Source: Planctomycetota bacterium
GTDB taxonomy: Bacteria; Planctomycetota; UBA1135; UBA2386
Length of the DNA: 64,000 bases
Direction of reading: 5' to 3'
Assembly: GCA_947501605.1 (NCBI GenBank)
Contig: CANMWZ010000016.1
Location: 27,991-91,990 of the forward strand
How positions within the stretch are numbered: the stretch's first letter is position 1; the number at the start of each line of letters is the position of its first letter. The translations under genes and the position numbers were made by a program. Under the pieces are notes generated by a model. That model saw only the letters and a list, made by a program, of their open reading frames with translations, made no database searches and was not told the DNA's origin. Shown here in pieces: positions 1 to 9,522 of this stretch.

Positions 1-399
1 GAGCACCGCCGCCGAAAATCGCATGACGCGGTGATACGGGCCGCACGAAGCGGACTCAAAGAAAAGGCAGTCCCGCGGCGGCGCGTGGGCGCCGCGGGCG
101 CCCGGCCGCGTGTAGCCCCCCGGCCACTCGCTGCGGCACTCGCCCAACGCACCGTAAGCCCCCCGACCCCGATGCGCTGTTTGCGCAGACCCCCTGATCC
201 TTCGCACGGTCTGCACATCCACTGCGGTGCGTCCCCCTAGAACCACCGCAGTGTGCACGATGGGTATCGGCAAGAACTTGCGTCGGCTTGACGATGCAGC
301 CGAGACGTCGTTGGCAGCGCGATTCAGGAATCCGTGGCGGCAGCGTCGAGCCGAACTCGGCTGAAAAAGTGACGACCGCCCAGCGATACGGCGATGCAC
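1..399 (-). CDS. Possible 5' part of a gene running off the left edge. The N-terminus has a twin-arginine-like motif (SSSRRKFL) followed by a short hydrophobic stretch. Product not recognised.
   Basis: The minus-strand frame in phase with position 1 has no stop from 558 down to 1. It is absent from the ORF track because no stop lies in the window. Third codon positions are mostly G/C. The only in-frame canonical start is GTG at 399 (CTG at 327). Confidence 0.3.
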   Translation of the reverse strand, partial: MHRRIAGRSSLFQPSSARRCRHGFLNRAANDVSAASSSRRKFLPIPIVHTAVVLGGRTAVDVQTVRRIRGSAQTAHRGRGAYGALGECRSEWPGGYTRPGARGAHAPPRDCLFFESASCGPYHRVMRFSAAVL

Positions 400-511
400 A
401 CCCTTGTCATTCTCCGGACGTTGCCGTGGCGCGTAGGCCCCAAGGAGCGCAGGCAGCCAGAAGGCATGTGGATCCGGGCCGCGTAGCTCGGGCCTCAGAA
501 TCCCCCACTCT

Positions 512-596
512 AAAAAAGTCGCCGGCAACCCGTTCCGGCACTGCTGCTTCCGAAACCCTCACTTGAATCGGAAGCGCCGGTTGCCGGGTTGCCGGC
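512..596 (-). terminator. Rho-independent terminator: a long interrupted GC-rich hairpin followed by a T6 run on the minus strand
   Basis: 521-532 (gccggcaacccg) pairs perfectly with 585-596 (cgggttgccggc). Inner stems are 535-539/576-580 and 546-553/568-575, with a 14-nt loop. On the minus strand the hairpin is followed by gac + TTTTTT (517-512). Confidence 0.75.
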
Positions 597-615
597 CATT
601 CCATGCGCAGGAGAA

Positions 616-753
616 CTAGCGAAGCTCGTGCCAAACGCCCCCTCGCAATCCACCCTCCATGCGCAAGAACTGGTGGCAAGGCGAGTTAAAGTCAGATGTG
701 CCCACCGCTAGGGGGTCCTTGGACGGGCTGACCGAGCTGAATCCCCGGCACAT
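616..753 (-). CDS. Speculative 45-codon small ORF (MCRGFSSVSPSKDPLAVGTSDFNSPCHQFLRMEGGLRGGVWHELR) between the upstream gene and the terminator
   Basis: ATG at 753, with GGGAGG (771-766) 12 nt upstream. Third positions are fairly GC-rich. Stop TAG at 618-616. Too short for the ORF track and carries no recognisable motif. Confidence 0.2.
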   Translation of the reverse strand: MCRGFSSVSPSKDPLAVGTSDFNSPCHQFLRMEGGLRGGVWHELR

Positions 754-793
754 TCAGGACCGGATCCTCCCTACTTTTCAATCCGGGAAGGCG

Positions 794-1837
794 TCACTGG
801 AGACGGAAGTCGCGGTCCGCGGTGGCCGCTCCCGGCTCAAACCGGAGCACTTCAAGGGTCGTGGCCGGCCGCCCGAGCTGGTCAACGTAGACCCGCCGAA
901 AGGGAACCAGGACGCCCGCCACCTCGCGCCAATCCTCGAGCAAGACCCGACGCCGCTGCCCCGATCGTGCCAGCGTGTGCACAAACTCGCGAGGCGGCCC
1001 ACCGGCGGCAGCGACCCAGAGCTCAAAAGTATCGACGGGTGGCGCGCCCTCGGGACTGGGCCCGATGGCATCCCCGTGGCTCTTTGCTTGGAGCCGTACG
1101 CGCAGCAGTTCCTCGCCGGACAGGCTCACCAAGTCAGATGCCGTCTCCACGAACTTCTGGCCATCGGCGAACGCCCAGGGCAGCCGAGCCTGGAGCCCGA
1201 ACAGGCCTAGCTCATCCGCTGACTGCTCCGCCAACGACAGCCTCTGCATCCCGTGCCGCTGGGCGAAAATGGAGGTGCCGAGGCGCCCGATAACGCGACC
1301 ATCCGCGAACGTGAGCCGATCGCGATCCACCACCGAGGCGTCAGCCAACTGCGTGAACTCACGCACGCCGATTGTCTCCCCCAGCGGACCGTGCACCGAG
1401 AGACGCCACCAGATAGTGATGCCTCCAAGCGAGCGAAAGGCACTCGGCGATCGCACGGCGGTGAAGATCTGCGGCAGGGCTGACGCCGTGTCCGCCGGAC
1501 GCACACCCTGTTCGACCGGTTGCGCGGCCTCCGTCTCCACAATGCGGGGGGCGGTCTCTCCAACCGGGGAAGCGGGCGGTGCCAGCGGGCGCCGAGGCTC
1601 GTCAGGCAGGACCGGCCAACCTCGTTCGTCGATTGTGACACCGATCGGATCCGCCTTGGGAGCCCGAGCTGGAACTGGGACCGGGTCCTGCAACACCACG
1701 CACAGCAACAGGGAGATCACGCCGATGCCATCGGCACAATCGCACCCCCGAGTTGATGCCAGTTGCACGGCGCGACCCGCCTGACACTTCCTTGCACCCT
1801 CGTGCCCCCCGATGCTGTGCCAGCCATGCCATCGCAC
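794..1837 (-). CDS. Hypothetical protein, probably exported. Start unresolved: the 1837 ORF maximum overlaps the divergent gene, and GTG at 1768 is an alternative.
   Basis: 347-aa ORF with balanced, protein-like composition. The opposite-strand ORFs here are Arg/Ser/Pro-rich shadow frames. A hydrophobic segment GVISLLLCVVL lies near the N-terminus. Confidence 0.7.
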   Translation of the reverse strand: MRWHGWHSIGGHEGARKCQAGRAVQLASTRGCDCADGIGVISLLLCVVLQDPVPVPARAPKADPIGVTIDERGWPVLPDEPRRPLAPPASPVGETAPRIVETEAAQPVEQGVRPADTASALPQIFTAVRSPSAFRSLGGITIWWRLSVHGPLGETIGVREFTQLADASVVDRDRLTFADGRVIGRLGTSIFAQRHGMQRLSLAEQSADELGLFGLQARLPWAFADGQKFVETASDLVSLSGEELLRVRLQAKSHGDAIGPSPEGAPPVDTFELWVAAAGGPPREFVHTLARSGQRRRVLLEDWREVAGVLVPFRRVYVDQLGRPATTLEVLRFEPGAATADRDFRLQ

Positions 1838-3592
1838 GTCCGCTGCTCGCTGCTCGTGCTGCTGCCCATCTGGTTACTGCCCATTTGGACGGCCTGCTCG
1901 GGCGCGCCGCTCACGCCCGGAGCACTGATCGTCCCGCGCGACATGTCTGTGCTCGTGTCCTTGCCCGCCGGCACCGTTCTGCGCCTCGCCGGCAGCGAAG
2001 GCGCACCTACGATTCGAGCGACAGGGGAAGTCGCCGATGGTCTCCTGCGCGAAGCGATGCGGCAGTCGAGCTACTTCGATGTCGCCGCTGGCCCAGTTGC
2101 CGCCCGCACCGGTGTCACGCCATCCGTGCGCATCCAGTTCGACGGCGCAACGGGCATCGCCAGTGCGCATCTCGATCACACGGGACAGGCGCGGCACCTC
2201 ACCAGCATCAGCATGGGCCAGCGGCGCTTGGTTGAGGTCATCGATGAACTCGCCATCCAGGTTCGACTCGCGCTGGGCGATCCGATCGACGAACAACCTT
2301 TGCCACTCCAACGGATCTACAGCGACAACCTGGAGGCCGTCGCCGGCTGCGAGGCGGCGCTGTCGCTGGCGCGCGAAGGCAACTTTGACGCCGCCGCAGC
2401 CCGACTCATCGCAGTTCGTCGCAATGATGGTGGCTCGTCCTTCCTGCTCGAGTGCATGGCTAGCATCGCTGTCATCCAGGGCAACGCAGCCCAGGCACGA
2501 CGACTCGCACAAGAAGCGCTCGGACTCCAGCGACGCACCAGTCCCACCACAACGCACCGTCTCTTGCGCACATTGCTGCTCGCACGGGCCTCGCTCGAAC
2601 CGCAGCTCGCGACCAGCTACGACCAGGAAGTCCTGACCCTCGCGCAAGTTGCTGCGCGCGAACGCCCGCACGACCCGGAGGTGCGCATTACTGCCGGCAT
2701 CGCCCGGAACTTCCTGGGTCAGTTCGACGAGGCCTACCGCATCCTGAAGCCTCTCGCCGAGCGCCTGCACGATCACCCCAGCGCGCACTACCACCTTGGT
2801 TGGGCCGCACTTGGCAGCAACCGCGGCGCCGAGGCAGCAGCCGCGTTTGCGATCGCTGCACGCGGGCTGCCGGCACGTGTCATCGTCGTGCCAAGATCGA
2901 TCGCGCTGTGGACCGCGGGGAACCAAGATGAACTCCGCCGCATGCTCGATGATGTGGCCTCGGATCCAGCCGTACGCGCCGGTACCGCACTTCACGAAGT
3001 GCTGCGCATGCGTGCCGCGCACGAAATTCTCTGTGGGAACACGGACGCCGGTATGCAACACGTCTTCGCAGACCTGGACTGGTTGCTCCTGCACCCTGCG
3101 ATCCTCGAGGAACGCGCCGGGGAACTCGCAGAAGTCGCGGAGACGGCGGTGCGACTAGGCTATGGCCAGCGGCTGCGGCCCTGCCTTTCCTCGGTGCTGG
3201 ATCGCGAATCGAACACGCTTCTCGCCGATGCCTGTACCTACGGTCTCGGACTCGTCGAAGCCGCGGCCAAGCAAACACGGGCGCGAGCAAGTGAGGACAA
3301 CCTGAGACGACGCGGTGCCGGCTTCTGGGCCGATGCGCTGCGTGCATTCGGCAATCAGCAGCGAGGAGAACTGGCAGCGGAACAGGAAGCGCTCGGGGCG
3401 GCGGCCGCACAGTCGTCGAGCCCCCTGATTACCGCAGCATTGGTGTCGAACCTACGCGCCCAGGGTCGCAATGAGGAAGCGGCTACTCTGCGCCGGGCGA
3501 TGCGTCGTGAGCTGACGAGCTTGCACATGCGCCGAAAACTCGTCCATCCGCTTCTCGGCCCAGAACTGGCCTTTCCATGGCTTGCACCCTGA
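1826..3592 (+). CDS. TPR-like/helical-repeat protein with an N-terminal signal peptide (possible lipoprotein, ...LLPIWTAC)
   Basis: Trimmed to ATG at 1826 (MPSHVRCSLLVLLPIWLLPIWTACSG). The body is long, Ala/Leu/Arg-rich and helical-repeat-like. No catalytic motif seen. Confidence 0.75.
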   Translation: MPSHVRCSLLVLLPIWLLPIWTACSGAPLTPGALIVPRDMSVLVSLPAGTVLRLAGSEGAPTIRATGEVADGLLREAMRQSSYFDVAAGPVAARTGVTPSVRIQFDGATGIASAHLDHTGQARHLTSISMGQRRLVEVIDELAIQVRLALGDPIDEQPLPLQRIYSDNLEAVAGCEAALSLAREGNFDAAAARLIAVRRNDGGSSFLLECMASIAVIQGNAAQARRLAQEALGLQRRTSPTTTHRLLRTLLLARASLEPQLATSYDQEVLTLAQVAARERPHDPEVRITAGIARNFLGQFDEAYRILKPLAERLHDHPSAHYHLGWAALGSNRGAEAAAAFAIAARGLPARVIVVPRSIALWTAGNQDELRRMLDDVASDPAVRAGTALHEVLRMRAAHEILCGNTDAGMQHVFADLDWLLLHPAILEERAGELAEVAETAVRLGYGQRLRPCLSSVLDRESNTLLADACTYGLGLVEAAAKQTRARASEDNLRRRGAGFWADALRAFGNQQRGELAAEQEALGAAAAQSSSPLITAALVSNLRAQGRNEEAATLRRAMRRELTSLHMRRKLVHPLLGPELAFPWLAP

Positions 3593-3625
3593 AGGTGACT
3601 GGCCTGCTCGTGAGCGAGACAAGCC

Positions 3626-4444
3626 TCAGTTGCAGAGCAGCAACCGACAACTCTGACGTGGCTCCATGCCCGCGTGCTCGTAGGCACGGCGCGCGGGCAG
3701 ATTGGTAGCAGACACGTGCAGGCATACAACAGGACCGTTGGCAGCACTCGCGGCCGCCGAGACCAACGCCGCCGCGTGTCCCTTCCCGCGTGCCGCAGGA
3801 AACGTGTAGACCCCCTCCAACACGACGCCTGCCGGACCGTAGCTGCCAAGATCGAGCTTGCAGTAGAAGCCGCCCTCAGGGCCGATCACCAAACTCGTCC
3901 CGTCGTTGATTCGAGCCGTCACCGATTCGCGCAGCCACCGTCGATCGACTCGTTCAGGCGCGACGTTGAGGTCACTGCGGTTCAGTTCGAGTGCCGCCGC
4001 CATCAACCGATCGCGATCCGCTCGAACGGCGCGACGGGAGTCCACGGCAGCCGGGAGCCGCGCGACTCGTTGCGGTTCGGTCCCGTAGTAGATCTGGTCG
4101 CGCAACACCAAAGGCGGACCAGAGAGCCGCGTGGCCAGGGCATCAATCGGCGCCTTCGGGCCGAGCGCGATGCGCCACGGCCAGCGCGCAAGCTGCACGG
4201 CATCGGCGACAAGTGTGGGATCGAGGGGTTCACGCTCGACCAACACCATGTTGCCTCGCGGCCCGAACCAAGCGCACCCTAACAGTCCCTCGCGGCCCCA
4301 GAGCGCAAGGGTCTCACCCAGGCCGGCACGCAAATCGTTCTGGAGGTAGACGCCATGCAGGCCGGCCTCTGCCGCCAGTGCGAGCGCTTCGCTCCGCAGA
4401 GAGGCATCCAGCGGCCTGGCTGCAAACGGTGGGAAACTCGACAT
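3626..4444 (-). CDS. GNAT-family N-acetyltransferase with an N-terminal extra domain
   Basis: C-terminal acetyl-CoA motif A (ARGKGHAAALVSAA, matching R-x-x-G-x-G/A), followed by NLPARRAYEHAGM. Confidence 0.8.
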   Translation of the reverse strand: MSSFPPFAARPLDASLRSEALALAAEAGLHGVYLQNDLRAGLGETLALWGREGLLGCAWFGPRGNMVLVEREPLDPTLVADAVQLARWPWRIALGPKAPIDALATRLSGPPLVLRDQIYYGTEPQRVARLPAAVDSRRAVRADRDRLMAAALELNRSDLNVAPERVDRRWLRESVTARINDGTSLVIGPEGGFYCKLDLGSYGPAGVVLEGVYTFPAARGKGHAAALVSAAASAANGPVVCLHVSATNLPARRAYEHAGMEPRQSCRLLLCN

Positions 4445-4497
4445 CGACGCTCAAGATTCCCGCGGCATCGCCCGATCAGCAACGTTCCATCGAGGAG

Positions 4498-4839
4498 ATG
4501 TCCGTGGATCCAACAGTCAACTTCCCCCACGACCCGCGTGAACTGGACCTCGGCGCACGCCACCACTGGTGCCAGCGTCTTGTCGCCCAGCAGCGATCCT
4601 GGCTCACCCGCATGTGTTCACTGGCCGAGCCGAAGCCCGCCGCGGACTTCCCCGCGTTCTTGCTCGCGACGCCCCCCTTCACCGCGTTGGCTTCACGCCT
4701 CGCCGTTGCCGTCACGCGTTCCGATCTGCCGACGGCTACCCAAGATGAGGTCGATCGCTTCGTCGACGCCTTCGGTGACTATCTGCGCACCAAAAAGGGC
4801 GAAGATGTGTTCGACCGCAACGCGCGCCGCGCAGGTTGA
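4498..4839 (+). CDS. Hypothetical protein (113 aa)
   Basis: 3' part of track ORF 3991..4839, trimmed to ATG 4498 (MSVDPTVNF...). High third-position GC begins there; the upstream part is antisense to the GNAT gene. Confidence 0.6.
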   Translation: MSVDPTVNFPHDPRELDLGARHHWCQRLVAQQRSWLTRMCSLAEPKPAADFPAFLLATPPFTALASRLAVAVTRSDLPTATQDEVDRFVDAFGDYLRTKKGEDVFDRNARRAG

Positions 4840-5096
4840 GTACTGTCATCACCTCGGCGAGATCGAGGGCAAACCAAGGTCAGCAACGACCGCCGCGTAG
4901 AGGGCCGACTCCTTGCTGCGGCAGTTCGCCGGGAGCTTCGTCGGATCCATGTCGGCCTCGTCACCTCAATCAGGGCGTATGGTCGCGCTGAGCGGCGAAA
5001 GGGCGACGGTGGACTCAATGCCCATGGGGGGCCAGTGTCGCATCGCGCTGGTGGGGCCCGCGAACCGCTGCACGTCTGCGAGCGATGCTCGCCACG

Positions 5097-5492
5097 TCAG
5101 TCTCCACGCAGCCGAGTTGCAATCGCCAGGGCCACCGTCGGATCCAGTGGCTCGCCGTCAAGTCCTGGTACCTGTCCGGCAGCATCCGTAGGGATCAAAT
5201 GCACGTGTGCATGGCGCACAACCCAACCGATGACGCTGACGCAAACGCGCGCGCAGGGTAGACGTTCACGCATCGCTCGCCCGATGTCACGGACGAACGC
5301 CCAGAGCGCAGCGTGCTGGGTTGCATCAAGATCGAACACGCTGTCGACGACGTCGCGCGTCACGACGATCACGTGCCCGGCTCGCGCGGGACGCGGTGCC
5401 AGGAACGCGAGATGCCTCGCATCTTCTCGGATGCGTAGCGCAGGCGTACGACCCTCGACAAGGTCGGCAAACGTCGGCGATTGACTTGTCAT
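5097..5492 (-). CDS. HIT-family (histidine triad) nucleotide hydrolase/transferase
   Basis: Histidine triad motif [12 protein letters not shown] at 5492 overlaps the upstream gene's TGA (ATGA at 5489-5492). Confidence 0.85.
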   Translation of the reverse strand: MTSQSPTFADLVEGRTPALRIREDARHLAFLAPRPARAGHVIVVTRDVVDSVFDLDATQHAALWAFVRDIGRAMRERLPCARVCVSVIGWVVRHAHVHLIPTDAAGQVPGLDGEPLDPTVALAIATRLRGD

Positions 5493-7669
5493 CGGAACAC
5501 TTCCGATGGCACCGTCACCGGAGCGCCGCAGACTCCACGACGGCAAACGTAAGCCGCAGGGATGCCGTCCCGTGGCACCTTGCCGACAAAGACCGGAGAA
5601 AGTGCTTCGAGCGCCGCTCGATTTCCGTCATGCACCAGCGCCAGCACGCAATCACGCGGGAACCGGCGGTGCACAGTCGCGAGGAGTGCCTGCGTGCGCG
5701 CATCGTCCGGCGGCCCAGCCACGACCACTTCGCGCGGGTCGCTCTGTGCGAACTGAAGAGCGAGCACAAGAGAAGGTACAGCAATCGGAGACGTACCGAG
5801 CAGCGCGGCATTAGCCCGTAGCAGGCGCTTTCCGCGCTCGTACATCGCGTCGTCGGCCAACAAGAGCCCGGCACGCAGCATTGCGCGAGCGGCCATCGCC
5901 GCACCCGAAGGCGTGCTCGATTCCGTGGGGCTCTTGCTTCGCGCGAGGAGCGCTTCGTGGTCGTCGCTGGTGAAGTAGAACCCACCATCCTGCTCGTCAG
6001 CATAGTGAGACACCATCGTCGTCAGGAGGGAGCGCGCAGCCTCAAGCCACCGTGGATCCGCATCGGCTTCGAACAGCGTGATGAGAGCGTCCGCGACAAA
6101 ACCGTAGTCCTCGAGAAACGCCGGGCCCTGCGCCTTGCCGCTATGCCAACTGCGACGCAATCGGCCCTCGACCAGCATGGACTCGAGCACGAACGAGGCG
6201 GCTCGCTGCGCAGCTTCCAGATACCTTCGATCTCCGAGTACCTGATAGCCACTCGCACACGCTGTGATGGCCATGCCATTCCACGCCGCGAGGATCTTGT
6301 CGTCGGTGGCAGGGCGGACGCGCTTCTCACGGGCCGCCAGCAACAGCCTGCGCGCGCGCTCGGTGCGCGCCTCGACGGAAGCGACGTCACCACCCAATTC
6401 CTCGGCGAGCTCCGCCGGCGACCGGGCGTCACTGAGCACATTCGTGTGTTCCCAATTACCGCTAGCACTAGCACCCCATCGGCTCGAAGCCAGCGCGGCA
6501 TCCTCACCGACGATGGCCGTCATCTCTGCGAGCTGCCAGACGAAGAACTTGCCTTCGACCCCTTCGCTGTCGGCATCTTGGCTCGACCAGAAGCCACCGG
6601 AAGGGCCTTGAAGCTCCTTCAGCATGAAGTCGAGAGTCTGCCGCGCGATCTTGGCATGCAGTGCATCACCGCTCAGCAACTGCGCCTCCAGGTAGGCTGG
6701 CACCAACAAGGCGTTGTCGTAGAGCATCTTCTCGAAGTGCGGCACCAGCCACTCGCGGTCGGTGCTGTAGCGGTGGAAACCGAAACCGAGTTGGTCATAC
6801 ATCCCCCCCTTCGCCATGCGATCGAGGGTGGTGAATGCCATGGTGCGTGCGCGCTCGTCGCCCACCTGAGCAAGTCGAAGCAACACATGCAACTCGGAGG
6901 CGTGCGGGAACTTCGGTGCGAACCGAGGCGCGGCAGCAAAACCGCCGTGCAAGTCGTCATATCGTTGCTCGGACTGCGAACGCATCGTCATCGCAACTTC
7001 AGCAGGCAGTTCGCCAGGTTGAGCCTCAGGCTCTAGGACCTTCTGCAGATGGTCGGTCAACTGCTGCGCACCTCGCACGCAATCCTCTCGCCGTTCTCGC
7101 CAGACCTTGGCCAGCTGCTGCAGGACACGAGGGAAGCCGGGCCGCGAATCCATGTCTCTCGGCGGATAATAGGTCCCCCCGAAGAAAGGCTTGAGCTCAG
7201 GAGTCAGCCACACGGACATGGGCCAGCCACCCTGCCCCGTCATTGCCTGCACCGCCGCCATGTAGATCTCGTCGATTTCCGGCCTCTCCTCGCGGTCCAC
7301 CTTGATGCAGATGAAGTTGGCGTTCATCAATGCCGCCGTCGCGTCGCTCTCGAAGCTCTCGCTCTCCATGACGTGACACCAGTGACACGCCGAGTAGCCG
7401 ACGCTCAAGAAGATGGGCTTGTCTTCGAGCTTGCTGCGCTCCAGCGCTTCCTTTCCCCAGGGGTACCAGTCGACGGGGTTGGTCGCGTGCTGGCGCAAAT
7501 AGGGCGAGGTCTCGCTGGCAAGTCGATTCAGCTTCTTCGACGACACTGGCTGCGCCTCCGGTTCTTGGGTCGGTTCCTGCTGCGATGCAGCCGAACCGAC
7601 GACGAGGGCCACTCCGAGAGCCAGCAGGGCATCGCGCCAGATCGTGCAGAGGGAGTCGGCCATTGGCAC
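5489..7669 (-). CDS. Thioredoxin-domain protein of the YyaL/DUF255 type (thioredoxin-like N-domain plus alpha/alpha-barrel)
   Basis: [43 protein letters not shown] is the characteristic DUF255 CHWCH region. Length 726 aa. N-terminal hydrophobic signal/anchor. Confidence 0.9.
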   Translation of the reverse strand: MPMADSLCTIWRDALLALGVALVVGSAASQQEPTQEPEAQPVSSKKLNRLASETSPYLRQHATNPVDWYPWGKEALERSKLEDKPIFLSVGYSACHWCHVMESESFESDATAALMNANFICIKVDREERPEIDEIYMAAVQAMTGQGGWPMSVWLTPELKPFFGGTYYPPRDMDSRPGFPRVLQQLAKVWRERREDCVRGAQQLTDHLQKVLEPEAQPGELPAEVAMTMRSQSEQRYDDLHGGFAAAPRFAPKFPHASELHVLLRLAQVGDERARTMAFTTLDRMAKGGMYDQLGFGFHRYSTDREWLVPHFEKMLYDNALLVPAYLEAQLLSGDALHAKIARQTLDFMLKELQGPSGGFWSSQDADSEGVEGKFFVWQLAEMTAIVGEDAALASSRWGASASGNWEHTNVLSDARSPAELAEELGGDVASVEARTERARRLLLAAREKRVRPATDDKILAAWNGMAITACASGYQVLGDRRYLEAAQRAASFVLESMLVEGRLRRSWHSGKAQGPAFLEDYGFVADALITLFEADADPRWLEAARSLLTTMVSHYADEQDGGFYFTSDDHEALLARSKSPTESSTPSGAAMAARAMLRAGLLLADDAMYERGKRLLRANAALLGTSPIAVPSLVLALQFAQSDPREVVVAGPPDDARTQALLATVHRRFPRDCVLALVHDGNRAALEALSPVFVGKVPRDGIPAAYVCRRGVCGAPVTVPSEVFR

Positions 7670-7768
7670 GACTCTACGCTCGACCCGTGTGTCCTCAAAT
7701 GCGAACCGCCGCGGCTGCTCGAGGCAGCACGCGGCGGTTGCGGCAACTGAACTAGCGTCTTGTGCGAA

Positions 7769-8815
7769 TCAGGACTCGCCGATGGCCGCGGCCACCAGGC
7801 AGCCCTTCGCCACCGCAGTCAGTGCCTCGTCGCTGCGGAAGATGCGCCCAACCGGGATCGGGAACGCGATCTTCGCGAACTCCTCGCGGAACACTTCAAT
7901 GAACCCGCCCACCAGTGACGTGCCGCCAGCACATGCGATGTCGATTGGCTGCTGGAAGCTCGGCATGTTCCTGCCGGATTCGAACCGTGCCTTGATGTTC
8001 GTCAATACGTAGCTGATGAGGCTGCGGTAGTAGATCGAGACCGCTTCTTCCTCGCGGCTCTTCGGATCGCGAATATCGATGCCGCGTTCCTTGATGTAGG
8101 CCGCCTTGCTCCGCGGAACACCGAGGACGTGCGCCACGTTCTTGTCGATCCAGTCGCCGCCGCGGGCAACCGAGAACGACAGACAGGGGATCGACTTGTA
8201 CGAAATGCAGGCGTTGGCCATGCCGCCGCCAAAGCTCAACCCGATACCGGTGAAATCGCTCTCCGCCAGTTCGGCGAAGATGACTGCATGAGCCTCGTTT
8301 ATTGCATGGGCGGTGTAGCCCATCTTGTTGATCATGCTCTCGAAGAGGCCCTGGTGGTAGACAACGTTGTTGTCGACGTCGAGCGAAGGGGCCGGCACGC
8401 AGAAATAGCAGTTCTCGCCGGCCTGACGCGGCTCGCCGAGAATCTTGCTGATGATCAGCTTCATCATCGGCAGTGCATCAACCTCGTTCGGGCTGACGAG
8501 GCCATCTTGCATCGGACGACGCGTCTCACGACCGAACACGTTCGCAAGTTCGAAGGCAGCCTCCCCGATGACGACCAACTTGCCGTTGTGCACTACGTAG
8601 GGCACCTTCAGCTTGGTCAGCATGTTCTTGCTGTAGACGTCGCTCGGGATGTCGAGGAACGCGTTGCGTTCCACGGTCACCGTGATGCCGCCTTCGTCAT
8701 TCTGAACGGCCGCCGCGAGATTCGCGGTGCCGACGTCGAGGCCCTTGCCGAGCGCGACTTCCGTGTCGGCGCTATGATCGGTGGCGCGCAGGTTCTTGTT
8801 TTGATTGTCAGTCAT
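7769..8815 (-). CDS. Divergent actin-like ATPase (ASKHA fold, MreB/ParM/MamK superfamily)
   Basis: Actin-fold motifs occur in order: GLDVGTAN (phosphate 1), RRPMQDGLV (MreB-like connect 1), GLSFGGGMAN (phosphate 2), RGGDWID, CAGGTSLVGGF (adenosine), LTAVAKGC (connect 2). ATG at 8815 is preceded by GGAAG. An alternative TTG at 8854 overlaps the upstream stop. Confidence 0.8.
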   Translation of the reverse strand: MTDNQNKNLRATDHSADTEVALGKGLDVGTANLAAAVQNDEGGITVTVERNAFLDIPSDVYSKNMLTKLKVPYVVHNGKLVVIGEAAFELANVFGRETRRPMQDGLVSPNEVDALPMMKLIISKILGEPRQAGENCYFCVPAPSLDVDNNVVYHQGLFESMINKMGYTAHAINEAHAVIFAELAESDFTGIGLSFGGGMANACISYKSIPCLSFSVARGGDWIDKNVAHVLGVPRSKAAYIKERGIDIRDPKSREEEAVSIYYRSLISYVLTNIKARFESGRNMPSFQQPIDIACAGGTSLVGGFIEVFREEFAKIAFPIPVGRIFRSDEALTAVAKGCLVAAAIGES

Positions 8816-8850
8816 GGTCGTGTGTCTTCCTGATCGTCCCTGCGGCTGGA

Positions 8851-9522
8851 TCAACCGCCGCCCTTGAGTTTCTTCAGGCGCTCCAAGTTGGCGGCGATCC
8901 CGCCGCCGACCTTCTTCTTGACCTGGATGTTGTCCATGTTGGACTCGAGGTCCTTGCCTGTGTCCTTGAACAGCCCGTCGAACTTGATGTCCTCGCCTTC
9001 GACGGCCGCGCTGATGCCCATTTTCTTGCCGAGTTTCTCCAGCCGGTCGTTGAGGGACCCGGCCAGTTTCTCGATGGCTGCAGAGATGTCTGGCGAACCA
9101 CCAACCGCCTGCAGCGTGGTGGAGCCGCTCTGCAGAGTCGCCGGAGCTTGACCCGCGGTTGCCGAGGATCCCTGTGCTGAGGATCGACGCGCGACCTCAA
9201 GCTCATTGGTCAGGCGCTCGATCTCCGCGTCGCGAGTTTGGAGTGCGTCCTGCAGCTCCGCGAGCTTGCCGAGCTCGTCCTCGCGTTCGCGCATCAGCGA
9301 ACGGAACTCGTCGCGACTGCGCGCGACCAGACGGTCCGCATCTTCTTTCGGGACGAGGCCCGACGCATCGATCGCGGAATGCACGGCTGCATGGATCATC
9401 GCCGCGACGTGCTCGGCCTTGATCAGACGCACTTTCTTGCGGCCTTCGCTAGCCAGCTGCTCGAGCGTCGCCGTGCGCGATCGCGCCGAGAGTGCGTCCT
9501 TTACGTCCTTGACGGTTTCCAT
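8851..9522 (-). CDS. Coiled-coil protein (223 aa), the partner of the actin-like ATPase
   Basis: Trimmed to ATG 9522 (METVKDVKD...), preceded by GGAAG. Contains a charged heptad-like segment (DELGKLAELQDALQTRDAEIERLTNELE), a Ser/Ala/Gly-rich linker and a Lys/Gly-rich C-terminus. Confidence 0.7.
   Translation of the reverse strand: METVKDVKDALSARSRTATLEQLASEGRKKVRLIKAEHVAAMIHAAVHSAIDASGLVPKEDADRLVARSRDEFRSLMREREDELGKLAELQDALQTRDAEIERLTNELEVARRSSAQGSSATAGQAPATLQSGSTTLQAVGGSPDISAAIEKLAGSLNDRLEKLGKKMGISAAVEGEDIKFDGLFKDTGKDLESNMDNIQVKKKVGGGIAANLERLKKLKGGG

Noticed and set aside
619-633. A sigma-54-like promoter motif TGGCACGAGCTTCGC (GG-N10-GC) on the minus strand just upstream of the long terminator hairpin. 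A second occurs at 35747-35761 on the plus strand (TGGCACCGGGTTCGC).
   Set aside because: This was tempting because a sigma-54 activator is encoded in the window. However, TGGCAC with a correctly spaced GC is expected a few times by chance in 128 kb of GC-rich sequence. The -12 element deviates (TCGC, not TTGC). The first would drive only a hairpin and the second would run antisense into accA. Neither is supported without TSS data.
3626-4839. The GNAT acetyltransferase next to a small 113-aa ORF, considered as a possible GNAT-toxin/antitoxin pair
   Set aside because: The genes are divergent rather than co-operonic. The GNAT protein is 272 aa with an extra N-domain, unlike the roughly 170-aa TacT/AtaT toxins. 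The small protein shows no RHH or DUF1778-like features.
4849-4950. A 33-codon minus-strand ORF (MDPTKLPANCRSKESALYAAVVADLGLPSISPR) with GC-rich third positions in the 257-nt convergent spacer
   Set aside because: It has no Shine-Dalgarno sequence, no recognisable motif and is very short. High GC3 alone is weak evidence in this genome.
7976-7986. ggattcgaacc, the reverse complement of the tRNA T-loop consensus GGTTCGAATCC
   Set aside because: It lies inside the actin-like CDS (codons ARFESGR). The flanks give only a 3-bp T-stem, with no acceptor, D or anticodon arms. It is a coincidental match.
7769-9522. Interpreting the actin-like/coiled-coil pair specifically as a type II (ParMRC) plasmid partition locus or mobile element remnant
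   Set aside because: There are no flanking mobile-element, replication or integrase genes, and no iterated centromere-like repeats upstream (only one 7-4-7 inverted repeat). The context is core chromosomal. The pair is kept as an open cytoskeletal candidate rather than called par.
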